Below are positions 9,313 to 18,190 of a DNA stretch of 43,864 nt, in pieces. Numbering within the stretch: position 1 is the first letter of the stretch; each line of letters begins with the position of its first letter. A model generated the notes under the pieces. It saw only the letters and a list, made by a program, of their open reading frames with translations, was not told the DNA's origin and made no database searches. Location of the stretch: IMG/VR virus record IMGVR_UViG_2711768005_000008; one strand, given 5' to 3'. A program made the translations under genes and the position numbers. The stretch is from a virus. Lineage: Duplodnaviria > Heunggongvirae > Uroviricota > Caudoviricetes.

Positions 9313-9532
9313 TCCCCATACAGGCCCGGAGATTGTCGAAATGCCAGTCGGTATTAATATATGAGCCATCCTGGATATCTTCTGCATTTTCCGGGGTAGA
9401 GTTTTTTTGAGCGAGATTGATAATATGTATTGCCTCCTCACGGGAAATCAGCCCCTTATCGAACAGGGTTACCATAAGATTTCCAGCCATTGTGAATGCG
9501 GCAACATCAAGTGCATTTTTTATATCTGACAT
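9293..9532 (-). CDS. hypothetical small protein on the opposite strand to the early operon
   Basis: 79-aa ORF with AAGGA 8 nt upstream of its ATG; fills the 9312-9603 gap, convergent with the 9025 ORF. Confidence 0.45.
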   Translation of the reverse strand: MSDIKNALDVAAFTMAGNLMVTLFDKGLISREEAIHIINLAQKNSTPENAEDIQDGSYINTDWHFDNLRACMGITAEKD

Positions 9533-9602
9533 AGATTTTTCCTTTTATGTTAATTGACATGGCGGTGCGGTAACACCGCCCATTTTTTATGGAGCCACGA
9601 TA

Positions 9603-10115
9603 ATGAATCGCGCTTCCCTGATTACCTTAATACATGTCGCAAAACGCGATCTACAGCTTGACCATGATACCTATACATCCGCGCTGCTGGCAGCCACCGG
9701 CAAATCCAGTTGCCGTGATATGTCACCCGGTGAGTTATCCCGCGTGCTGGATGTTTTCAAAAAACGCGGTTTTAAAGTGCGTCAGAAGCCGGTTAACCGG
9801 GCCTTAAAACCGGGTACGGTGACCGCCAAAATTCGCGCCATCTGGAAAGTGATGCACCGGCAGGGATTTATCTCTGATGGCGGGGAAACGGCCCTTAACC
9901 GCTGGGTGAAATCGCAGACGGCCGCGCAGAACGACGGCGAAGGTGTGGCTAACTGGCAGTGGCTGGAGCAACAACCCGCGCTGGCCTCTGATGTGCTGGA
10001 GCGTCTCAAACGCTGGCACCGCCGCAAAATGCTGGCAGCCCTGGATATGTCGGAACGTGCAGTGATGAGTTATGAGCGTGTTTGCAGGCTGTATGAAAAA
10101 TCATTCCCCCGTTAA
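9603..10115 (+). CDS. gemA: GemA-like (Mu gp16 / DUF1018-type) regulatory protein
   Basis: N-terminus MNRASLITLIHVAKRDLQLDHDTY...AATGKSSCRDMS as in the Mu gp16 family; position just before mor/C. Confidence 0.55.
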   Translation: MNRASLITLIHVAKRDLQLDHDTYTSALLAATGKSSCRDMSPGELSRVLDVFKKRGFKVRQKPVNRALKPGTVTAKIRAIWKVMHRQGFISDGGETALNRWVKSQTAAQNDGEGVANWQWLEQQPALASDVLERLKRWHRRKMLAALDMSERAVMSYERVCRLYEKSFPR

Positions 10116-10185
10116 CCCCAAATCCCGCCACAGCGCGGGATTTTTATTTTAAACTTGCCCTGTGTAATGATGACCGGAGGCGGGT

Positions 10186-10608
10186 ATGGCTGAAACACAG
10201 ATGAGCATGTTTGGTGACAGCGAACAGCTGCACGCGCTGATTGACCGTCTGGATGATATTCCTGATGATGAGCTGAAAAAGAACTGGCCCGGCACGCTGC
10301 GGGACCTGGTTGATGTGATCAGTGCTGAACTGCACCGTCAGGGGATTGAACCTGCTCAGGCGGGAATGCTTGCCCGTAAGGTTGCAGCCGCACAGGCCGG
10401 GTACATGGGCGGGCGTGGTTATTATCTCCCGGTCGGTGAATCCCTTTTCACCGAACTGCGCAATAATGAAATTTTTTCCCGCTGGAGCCAGGGCGAAAAA
10501 ATTGAAACCCTGCGCCGCCACTACCAGATGTCAGAGACGCAGATTTACTCCGTTATCCGCAACCAGCGTCGCCTGCATCAGGAACGCACGCAGCCACGGC
10601 TTTTCTGA
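10186..10608 (+). CDS. Mor/C-family transcriptional activator (only one family member present)
   Basis: 140 aa, directly upstream of the lysis and late genes; the size and position of Mu Mor/C. Confidence 0.55.
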   Translation: MAETQMSMFGDSEQLHALIDRLDDIPDDELKKNWPGTLRDLVDVISAELHRQGIEPAQAGMLARKVAAAQAGYMGGRGYYLPVGESLFTELRNNEIFSRWSQGEKIETLRRHYQMSETQIYSVIRNQRRLHQERTQPRLF

Positions 10609-10679
10609 TATTCCGCAAATCCTGCCCCCTTTTCCTCACGGTTACGCTGACTCAGAGAACACCATGAGACAGCGTAACA

Positions 10680-11180
10680 ATGCCAAAACTCCCCGCACCC
10701 CTGCGTAAAAAGCTGATTGCCCTTGTTCTGGCCGGAGCCGGGACGTTCACCATTGCCACGCACTACACCGGCTACTGGGAAGGGAAAGAAAACACCACGT
10801 ACATTGATCCCACCGGCACCCCCACCATCTGTTACGGCCATACCGGCCCGGATGTGAAACCGGGGATGACAAAAACTGATGAAGAGTGTCTGGAGCTGCT
10901 GGAAAAGGACATGAAATGGGCCTTTGCGGCTATCGATCGTCATGTTCAGGTGCCGCTTACCCGTGGTCAGACGGTGGCGCTGGCCTCCTGGATTTTCTGG
11001 GCCGGTGAAACGAACTTTCGCAACTCCACGCTCCTGCGCCTTATCAATGCCGGGCAGATGCCCGCGTCCTGTAAGCAGTATATCCGCTGGATTTATTCAA
11101 AGGGGGTAAAACTCCCCGGTCTTGAGGCCCGCCGTTCGGCGGATGAATGGTTATGTCGTTACGATTTGCCGAAAGTCTGA
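10680..11180 (+). CDS. lys: Endolysin, T4-lysozyme-like (GH24), with probable N-terminal SAR (signal-arrest-release) domain
   Basis: Gly/Ala-rich weakly hydrophobic N-terminus LIALVLAGAGTFTIA followed by the E-x8-D-x5-T catalytic triad (YWEGKENTTYIDPTGTPT). Confidence 0.75.
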   Translation: MPKLPAPLRKKLIALVLAGAGTFTIATHYTGYWEGKENTTYIDPTGTPTICYGHTGPDVKPGMTKTDEECLELLEKDMKWAFAAIDRHVQVPLTRGQTVALASWIFWAGETNFRNSTLLRLINAGQMPASCKQYIRWIYSKGVKLPGLEARRSADEWLCRYDLPKV

Positions 11181-11292
11181 ACCGCTTCTGGCGACCGCTC
11201 ATGATTGCGCTGCTGTGTGCCGTTGTGCTGCTGCGGGGTGTGCTGTGTCTGCGGTGAACAATCCCTTACCGGCCCTGATTGCCGGAGGCTGT

Positions 11293-11643
11293 ATGGCGGC
11301 GCTGGGGGTGATGAGCGTGCTGGCTGCCGTGGTATGGGGAATGCACCAGAAGACGCAGCGCCTTGAGGACAATAATCATGTGCTTGTGCGTGAACGGGAC
11401 GAAGCCCGTCTGGTGCTGGCAAACCAGCAACGCACCCTGCAACTCATTTCACAAATCAGCAAGGCGGCCACGAATGAAAAACAGCAGAACATGCAGCACA
11501 GCGAGGAACAGCAGAGCATTGTCCGCCGGTCACTGGCAACGGTGCCTGCTGCCGCTGTGCCTGTGCCTGATGATGTGGCTGACCGGGTGCGGCGGGCCGT
11601 CTGTGAAATACGTGCCGGTGAAGCCGGTGCCGATCCCCGCTGA
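11293..11643 (+). CDS. i-spanin (Rz-like); start uncertain (GTG 11254 or ATG 11122 possible)
   Basis: N-terminal TM segment MAALGVMSVLAAVVWG then a charged coiled-coil-like region; an o-spanin-like ORF overlaps its 3' end. Confidence 0.5.
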   Translation: MAALGVMSVLAAVVWGMHQKTQRLEDNNHVLVRERDEARLVLANQQRTLQLISQISKAATNEKQQNMQHSEEQQSIVRRSLATVPAAAVPVPDDVADRVRRAVCEIRAGEAGADPR

Positions 11644-11845
11644 ATGGCTGGCTGACTGCCTGGTCCCTCCCGCGCCGCAGCCGTTCACGTTTGGTGCATC
11701 GGTCACTTACAACCTGCAACTGCTGGCGGTGATTAAAAACTGCAACGTGGACAAGGCCAGCATCCGCCGTCTGGAGACACAGCGACAGCATGAATTTACT
11801 GATATGGCCGGAACGACTGCTGTTCCGGCAGGAAAGACGAAGTAA
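11474..11845 (+). CDS. o-spanin (Rz1-like outer-membrane lipoprotein), overlapping the i-spanin in another frame
   Basis: Signal peptide with lipobox LTGC, proline-rich mature part (VKYVPVKPVPIP). Confidence 0.5.
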   Translation: MKNSRTCSTARNSRALSAGHWQRCLLPLCLCLMMWLTGCGGPSVKYVPVKPVPIPAEWLADCLVPPAPQPFTFGASVTYNLQLLAVIKNCNVDKASIRRLETQRQHEFTDMAGTTAVPAGKTK

Positions 11846-11855
11846 GGAAAAAGGT

Positions 11856-12083
11856 ATGGATGATTCAGATTGTGCTCAGGCAGTCATGGAGCGTGCAACA
11901 GAACGCGCCCTTTGTGACCGGCTGACACGTAAGCGCCGGGTGGCGGAGACACCGGGCAGGCGTGTATGCGCGGACTGCGGGGGTGACATTCCGGCTGCCC
12001 GTCTGGTTGCCGTGCCGGATGCCATCCGTTGTGTGAACTGCCAGAACATCATGGAGGCCGGTCATGTGGGTCAGCATCGTTAA
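11856..12083 (+). CDS. TraR/DksA-type C4 zinc-finger protein
   Basis: CADCGGDIPAARL...IRCVNCQ double CxxC; AAGGAAAAAGGT upstream of the ATG. Confidence 0.5.
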   Translation: MDDSDCAQAVMERATERALCDRLTRKRRVAETPGRRVCADCGGDIPAARLVAVPDAIRCVNCQNIMEAGHVGQHR

Positions 12084-12375
12084 AGATTATGTCGTGCCGA
12101 TCCTGTCGGCAACGGCCACAGCCGGGGGGATCTTCATGGCGCTGATGCGCAAAACCTTTGTCCCCCGCGAGGCCTTTGAAAAACTCTCCGACCGGGTTGA
12201 GCGGGTGGAGAGCCGGATTTCCGGCCTGCCCACGCAGCAGGAGGTGAACAGACTCAATATCGAAATCACCACCCTGCGCGGTGAGCTTAAGGCCACCAAT
12301 GCCACCCTGAAATCCGTCTCCCATCAGAACGAACTGCTGCTGGAGCAGGCTGTAAGGAAAAAACACAATGAGTGA
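12064..12375 (+). CDS. hypothetical protein (Mu gp25 position), N-terminal hydrophobic segment
   Basis: ORF, synteny. Confidence 0.4.
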   Translation: MWVSIVKDYVVPILSATATAGGIFMALMRKTFVPREAFEKLSDRVERVESRISGLPTQQEVNRLNIEITTLRGELKATNATLKSVSHQNELLLEQAVRKKHNE

Positions 12376-12658
12376 TTTCATTACTGAAGATCAGCGTCTT
12401 GTCATTCTGCGGTCGCTGGCGGATTACAACGGCGAACTGGGCGAATCCGTGCTTCAGGACTGCCTGGATGATTACGGTCACCGCGTGTCCCGCGACACCG
12501 TTCATACCCACATTGCCTGGCTTGCCGAGCAGGGACTGGTGCGTAAGCGCACGCTTGTTAACGGTTATTTCATCGCTGAACTGACCGGCCGGGGTCAGGA
12601 TGTGGCGGAAGGCCGCGCCACCGTTCCGGGTGTGAAGAAACCACGCGCAAGGGGGTAA
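12368..12658 (+). CDS. hypothetical protein (Mu gp26 position)
   Basis: ORF, synteny. Confidence 0.4.
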   Translation: MSDFITEDQRLVILRSLADYNGELGESVLQDCLDDYGHRVSRDTVHTHIAWLAEQGLVRKRTLVNGYFIAELTGRGQDVAEGRATVPGVKKPRARG

Positions 12659-12660
12659 CG

Positions 12661-13242
12661 ATGGATAAGCCAGCGCGTGGCCGTGTACGCAAGGTGGATT
12701 TGCTCCCCGACAGCATCCGTAAGCCGCTGCTGGAAATGCTGCGTGAAAAACGTCTGACGCAGGTCCAGATCCGCGAGGAAATCAACCGTCTGATCCGTGA
12801 AGCAGGTCTGCCGGAAGAGCAGCAGCTCTCACCGGCGGCCATCAGCCGGGAAGCCTCCCGTAATGAGCTGATTGCCCGTAATCTGCGTGATTTACGCGAG
12901 CAGACAAAAGCCATGATGGCCGAACTGGGGGATAAGCCGACCGGTGAAACCACGGCACTGATTCTGGAGATGTCCCGTGCCCTGATGTACCGCCGTCTGC
13001 GTGCCGCCACCGAATCCCTGAACAGCGACAGCGATGTGGATATGCGCCTTATTAAGGACATCCTCCTGTCGGCACAGCGTGCAGAAAGTGCCGCCGAGCG
13101 CAGCATTAAGCGTGAAAAAGAAATCCGGGCCGCATTTGCTGAAGAGATGGCGAATGCGGTCACCGATGAGTTGCGCGGCGTGGATGGCATGAGCGAGCAG
13201 ATCGAATTCCGTATCAGGCAGATGCTGCTGGGTAAGGCGTAG
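12661..13242 (+). CDS. Mu gp27-like protein (putative small terminase subunit / DNA-binding)
   Basis: 193-aa ORF immediately upstream of the large terminase. Confidence 0.5.
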   Translation: MDKPARGRVRKVDLLPDSIRKPLLEMLREKRLTQVQIREEINRLIREAGLPEEQQLSPAAISREASRNELIARNLRDLREQTKAMMAELGDKPTGETTALILEMSRALMYRRLRAATESLNSDSDVDMRLIKDILLSAQRAESAAERSIKREKEIRAAFAEEMANAVTDELRGVDGMSEQIEFRIRQMLLGKA

Positions 13243-13252
13243 GAGGTGAATC

Positions 13253-13501
13253 ATGGCAACAGATAACCGCTCACTGATGAGCAGTGCCCATCAGAAAGCA
13301 TTCAGTCTTGCAACACAGTTACCTCCTGAAACCATAAAGGTATGTCGTGAGTTGACTGAACTCAGCATTGCCGGGGAAATATCCCTGGAACAACTGCATT
13401 CGCTGCTGGCAGAGGCTGCCACTGATGAGTTGAGCGGCGTGGACGTGATGACTGAAGAGCTTGAGTCCCGAATCAAAAGCATTCTGACAGGTAAAGCATG
13501 A
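13253..13501 (+). CDS. small protein whose C-terminus parallels the gp27-like C-terminus
   Basis: ...DELSGVDVMTEELESRIKSILTGKA versus gp27-like ...DELRGVDGMSEQIEFRIRQMLLGKA. Confidence 0.45.
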   Translation: MATDNRSLMSSAHQKAFSLATQLPPETIKVCRELTELSIAGEISLEQLHSLLAEAATDELSGVDVMTEELESRIKSILTGKA

Positions 13502-15165
13502 TGAACAAAGCCAGAGAAACGTCGCCTTCACTGATGCAAATGACGCCTCCCCGCAAAATTGATCTGTCAGGTGAAAAAGCCCTGCTGGGCGTGGATGTGC
13601 CGGACAGCCTTGATTTGCCCGGTGATATGCCGGTGTTTCTGGATTATCAGGCCCGCTGGTTTGCAGATGAAAGTCAGGTCTGCATCGCGGAGAAATCCCG
13701 CCGCACCGGTCTTACCTGGGCGGAAGCCGGGCGTAACGTCATTACTGCTGCAAAACCGAAGCGTCGTGGTGGCCGCAATGTGTTTTATGTGGGATCAAAG
13801 CAGGAGATGGCGCTGGAATATATTTCTGCCTGCGCGCTGTTCTCCCGTGCCTTTAACCAGCTGGCAGATGCTGATGTGTATGAGCAGACATTCTGGGATC
13901 GGGATAAAAAAGAAGAAATTTTGACCTACATGATCCGCTTTCCGAACAGTGGATTCAAAATTCAGGCATTGTCTTCCCGTCCGTCAAACCTGCGCGGCCT
14001 TCAGGGGGATGTGGTGATTGATGAAGCCGCGTTCCACGAGTCACTGGATGAGCTTCTCAAGGCGGCAATGGCGCTCACTATGTGGGGCGCGCGCGTGCGT
14101 ATTATCTCCACGCATAACGGCGTCGATAATCTGTTTAATCAGTACATTCAGGAAGCCCGCGAGGGGCGCAAGGATTACAGCGTCCACCGCATAACCCTGG
14201 ATGATGCCATTGCGGACGGGCTGTACCGTCGTATCTGTTACGTCACCGATCAGGAATGGTCACCGGAAAGCGAGCAGAAATGGCGTGATGATCTCTACAA
14301 AAACGCCCCGACCCGTGAGGATGCCGACGAGGAATACGGCTGTATCCCGAAAAAATCCGGCGGTGCCTATATCCCCCACGCGCTTATTGAAATGGCGATG
14401 ATCCGCGACATCCCGATTCTGACGTTTGAAGCCCCGGACAACTTCATCAGCCGTGCCGCATGGCTGCGTGAATCGGAAGTTTTAACCTGGTGTGAAGAAC
14501 ATTTAAAACCGCTTTTAGAGAAATTAAATCCCCGTTCCCGCTTCAGCTTCGGGGAAGACTTTGCCCGCACCGGTGACCTGTCCTGCTTTGTGCTGCTGGA
14601 AATCACCGAATCCCTGGCAAAGCGCGAGGTGTTTCGCGTGGAGCTGCGCAACCTGCCGTATGCCCAGCAGGAACAGGTGATGATGTACATCCTGACCCGC
14701 GTTCCGGCGCTGGTCGGTGCGGCGTTCGACGCCACCGGTAACGGCGGCTATCTGGCAGAGGCCGCACTGCTGGCCTTTGGCCCGGACATCATCGACTGCG
14801 TGATGTTGTCGCCGAAGTGGTACGGCGAGTGGATGCCAAAACTGAAAGCCGAGTTTGAAGATCAGAATATCCTCGTCGCCCGCCATCAGACCACGCTTGA
14901 TGATTTGCGCCATGTGAAGGTAGTGAATGGTATCCCGCAAATCGACAAGGGGCGCACGAAGGACCAGAACGCAACGGCTGCGAACGCCCGCCGCCATGGT
15001 GATTTTGCCGTGGCGCTCTGTATGGCAAACCGGGCGTCATACATGGAGGGCTTCATCCTGGATGAATCAGCCTGTCAGGCGCTACAGGAGCGGTCGCGGG
15101 CAATGGAGGGCGGTTATCGTGATGACGATGAGGCATATCATGAATTTGATCGGGGGGGCTGGTAG
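13498..15165 (+). CDS. Terminase large subunit (Mu gp28-like)
   Basis: 555 aa, position between gp27 and portal, acidic nuclease-like motifs; call rests mainly on synteny. Confidence 0.75.
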   Translation: MMNKARETSPSLMQMTPPRKIDLSGEKALLGVDVPDSLDLPGDMPVFLDYQARWFADESQVCIAEKSRRTGLTWAEAGRNVITAAKPKRRGGRNVFYVGSKQEMALEYISACALFSRAFNQLADADVYEQTFWDRDKKEEILTYMIRFPNSGFKIQALSSRPSNLRGLQGDVVIDEAAFHESLDELLKAAMALTMWGARVRIISTHNGVDNLFNQYIQEAREGRKDYSVHRITLDDAIADGLYRRICYVTDQEWSPESEQKWRDDLYKNAPTREDADEEYGCIPKKSGGAYIPHALIEMAMIRDIPILTFEAPDNFISRAAWLRESEVLTWCEEHLKPLLEKLNPRSRFSFGEDFARTGDLSCFVLLEITESLAKREVFRVELRNLPYAQQEQVMMYILTRVPALVGAAFDATGNGGYLAEAALLAFGPDIIDCVMLSPKWYGEWMPKLKAEFEDQNILVARHQTTLDDLRHVKVVNGIPQIDKGRTKDQNATAANARRHGDFAVALCMANRASYMEGFILDESACQALQERSRAMEGGYRDDDEAYHEFDRGGW

Positions 15166-16754
15166 TGGGACGCATCATTGATACTGACGGAAAACCTTTC
15201 TCCTTTGACCCGGAGATGCAGAGTGCCGCGCTGGATATTCCGCAGATTGCCAGCCGTTATATTGAACATCCGGCTTCGGGTATCACCCCGAACCGGGCGG
15301 CGCAGTGCCTTCGCGGGGCTGAACGTGGCGATCTGATTGCCCAGTCCGATCTGGCCGCTGATATTGAAGAAAAGGACACCCACCTTTTTGCGGAGCTGGG
15401 CAAGCGACGTCTTGCCATTCAGGGGGTGCCATGGAGTATTGAGCCGCCACCGAACGCCAGCGCGAATGAGAAAAAGGACGCGGAAATGCTCGACGAATAT
15501 CTGCATTCCGCAGACTGGTTTGATGCCATGCTGTTTGACGCCACGGATGCCATCCTGAAGGGCTATTCCTGCATGGAAATTGAGCACGGGATGCTCGGTA
15601 AAATGCACATCATCCGCGCCATCCGCTGGCGTGACAGCGGGCATTTCTGCCTTAACCCGGATGATTTGAGCGAACTGCGGCTGCGTGACGGCAGCCATGC
15701 CGGGGTGGCGTTTCAGCCCTTTGGCTGGATAGTGCATCAGTCGCGTTCACGCACCGGCTACGGTGGTGCGACGGGGCTTGTCAGAACGCTTATCTGGCCG
15801 TTCATTTTCAAAAACTATTCCGTGCGCGATCTGGCGGAATTTCTGGAGGTGTACGGCCTGCCAATGAAGGTCGGGAAATACCCGTCCGGGGCAACACCGG
15901 AGCAGAAAAGTGCCCTGATGCGGGCGGTGATGGATATCGGGCGACGTACAGGCGGGATCATCCCGGCCGGGATGTCGCTGGAGTTTCAGGCGGCAGCGAA
16001 CGGTCAGGCCGATCCGTTTGAAACCATGATTTCGTGGGGTGAGCGTTCCATCTCCAAAGCAATACTCGGCGGCACGCTGACCACAGAAGCCGGAGACAAA
16101 GGCGCGCGCTCGCTGGGTGAGGTGCATAACGAGGTGCGCCGGGAAATCAGGGATTCTGATTTACGCCAGCTGGCTGCAACCCTGAACCGCGATCTGGTGT
16201 ATCCGCTGTATGCCCTGAACACCGCCCACGCCATTGATATCCGTCGCCTGCCGCGTATCTGTTTCCAGACCAAAGAACCGGGGGATATCACCAAAATAGC
16301 CAGTGCGGTGATGCAACTCAGTGCGGGGATGGATATTCCTGATCCCTGGGTACGGGATCAGACCGGTATTCCACAGCCCACGCCCGGTGAAGCCATATTC
16401 CGTGTCCGTCAGAGCAGTAATGAACCGGCCATGCCTGACAGGGAAACGCTACCGGAAAAACAGGAAAAGACAGAACAGACGGCGCTTTCAGCCCGACTGC
16501 CGGAAGCGAAAAACACGCCGCGTGATGAACTGGACGACATGGGGGACGCGGTGCCTGCCCGCCGCTTACAGGAGGCCATCGATCCGGTGCTGGAGCCGGT
16601 CATTGATGTCATCAGAACGCGGGGGCTGGCGGAGGCACTGGCAGACCTGCCTGCCCTTTACCGTGAAATGGATGATTCCCGCCTGATGACGCTGCTCAGT
16701 GATGCCATGTTTGCTGCGGAAATGAAGGGGATGCTGGATGGCTCAGGGGATTGA
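15165..16754 (+). CDS. Portal protein (Mu gp29/H-like)
   Basis: 529 aa, follows the terminase; synteny. Confidence 0.75.
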   Translation: MGRIIDTDGKPFSFDPEMQSAALDIPQIASRYIEHPASGITPNRAAQCLRGAERGDLIAQSDLAADIEEKDTHLFAELGKRRLAIQGVPWSIEPPPNASANEKKDAEMLDEYLHSADWFDAMLFDATDAILKGYSCMEIEHGMLGKMHIIRAIRWRDSGHFCLNPDDLSELRLRDGSHAGVAFQPFGWIVHQSRSRTGYGGATGLVRTLIWPFIFKNYSVRDLAEFLEVYGLPMKVGKYPSGATPEQKSALMRAVMDIGRRTGGIIPAGMSLEFQAAANGQADPFETMISWGERSISKAILGGTLTTEAGDKGARSLGEVHNEVRREIRDSDLRQLAATLNRDLVYPLYALNTAHAIDIRRLPRICFQTKEPGDITKIASAVMQLSAGMDIPDPWVRDQTGIPQPTPGEAIFRVRQSSNEPAMPDRETLPEKQEKTEQTALSARLPEAKNTPRDELDDMGDAVPARRLQEAIDPVLEPVIDVIRTRGLAEALADLPALYREMDDSRLMTLLSDAMFAAEMKGMLDGSGD

Positions 16755-18069
16755 TTTAGGTTATGCCGCCACGCTTCCCTCAAAAGAGACGGTGGCATAC
16801 TTCCGCGCCAAAGGGGCGCATATCAGCTGGAACTGGTTCGAAACAGACGCGGATGTTCATGCCCGCTCATTCACGGCAGCAAAAACGGCACGGCTGGATG
16901 TGGTAACCACATTACAGGCCGAAGTGCAGCGGGCCATTGATGAGGGGATTTCACAGAAAGAATTTATCCGCACACTGACGCCACGCCTGCAAAAGCTGGG
17001 ATGGTGGGGAAAGCAGATTGTGGTGGACAGCGACGGTAACGCGGAAGAAGTGCAGCAGGGCAGTCCCCGTCGTCTGGCGCTGATTTACAACGTGAACACC
17101 CGTGTGGCTTACAATGCCGGGCGTTACACGCAGATGATGAACAACACGGACACGCATCCGTTCTGGCAGTATGTGGCGGTCATGGACAGCCGTACCCGCC
17201 CGTCGCATTCCGCCCTTAACGGTCTGGTATTCCGCTATGACGATCCGTTCTGGAAAACACACTACCCGCCCAATGGCTGGAACTGCCGCTGCCGTGTGCG
17301 GCCATTGTCTCAGGCCCGTCTGGATGCAATGGGGTTATCCGTTTCATCCGGTGAGGATCATCTCTCCACCCGCAATGTTGAGGCTGGCGTGGATAAACAG
17401 ACCGGAGAAGTCAGAGAAATGCCGGTGACCACATATTCAGATGGCGCCAGAACCATGACACCGGATGTGGGCTGGTCATATAACCCCGGCTCGGCAGCGT
17501 TCGGCACAGACCAGGCGCTGATCCGCAAACTGATCGAGGTGAAAAGCCCGGCGTTACGGGAAATGGTGGTTCAGGAGATGAACAACAGCCCGGAGCGGCA
17601 GCTGGCGTTCCGCATCTGGGCAAAAAACATCATGCAGACCCGGCGAGGTGGTAACGATATCCGCACGCTGGGCTTTATGACTGAAAGCATTGCGCAGGCA
17701 GTGGAAAGCCGGACGGGAACGCCACCGGCCCGCCTGCTGGCGATGAGCGGTAAAAATGTGCTCCATGCGGACAGTGTGAAACATCAGAATGACGGCATCG
17801 CTCTGACGCCGGAGGACTTCGGGCGCTTACCGGCAATGCTGGCAAGGCCAAAAGCGGTACTGTGGGACAAACGGCACAACAATCTGATGTATATCGTGGA
17901 AAATCAGGATGGCAGTGTGCAGATTGCCGTTAATGCACCGTACAGTCTGAAACGTCAGCCCGACAAACTGGATGTGATTGTGAATGCTTACCGGGTTATC
18001 AATATGGATAAGCTGAAATCGGATATCCGGGGCGGAATGCTTGAGGTGCTGGAAGGACAAATTGATTAA
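16738..18069 (+). CDS. Head morphogenesis protein (Mu F / gp30-like)
   Basis: 443 aa; FWQYVAVMDSRTRPSHSALNGLVF...NGWNCRCRVRP, the characteristic F-family motif. Confidence 0.8.
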   Translation: MAQGIDLGYAATLPSKETVAYFRAKGAHISWNWFETDADVHARSFTAAKTARLDVVTTLQAEVQRAIDEGISQKEFIRTLTPRLQKLGWWGKQIVVDSDGNAEEVQQGSPRRLALIYNVNTRVAYNAGRYTQMMNNTDTHPFWQYVAVMDSRTRPSHSALNGLVFRYDDPFWKTHYPPNGWNCRCRVRPLSQARLDAMGLSVSSGEDHLSTRNVEAGVDKQTGEVREMPVTTYSDGARTMTPDVGWSYNPGSAAFGTDQALIRKLIEVKSPALREMVVQEMNNSPERQLAFRIWAKNIMQTRRGGNDIRTLGFMTESIAQAVESRTGTPPARLLAMSGKNVLHADSVKHQNDGIALTPEDFGRLPAMLARPKAVLWDKRHNNLMYIVENQDGSVQIAVNAPYSLKRQPDKLDVIVNAYRVINMDKLKSDIRGGMLEVLEGQID

Positions 18070-18190
18070 CGGTCAGTGGCGGGGGTCGAACCCGCATACA
18101 TGATCCACCCGGAGGCAGGCACCGACTTTACCAGTTAAGCGTACACTGACCGCCTGTTTATTTTATATTCATCCTTTATGCGGAGGCAAT

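Noticed and set aside
11201-11257. 18-aa hydrophobic ORF (MIALLCAVVLLRGVLCLR) between the endolysin and spanin as a possible holin or pinholin
   Set aside because: Too short for a holin and in a different frame overlapping the probable spanin N-terminal region; with a SAR endolysin a separate holin may lie elsewhere.
12570-13254. Minus-strand ORFs of 206 and 120 aa opposite the gp27-like gene
   Set aside because: Arg/Ser-rich low-complexity translation antisense to a coding gene; shadow ORFs.
14367-15737. Minus-strand ORFs (122, 157, 199 aa) within the terminase/portal genes
   Set aside because: Antisense to tightly packed structural genes in a unidirectional operon; no independent support.
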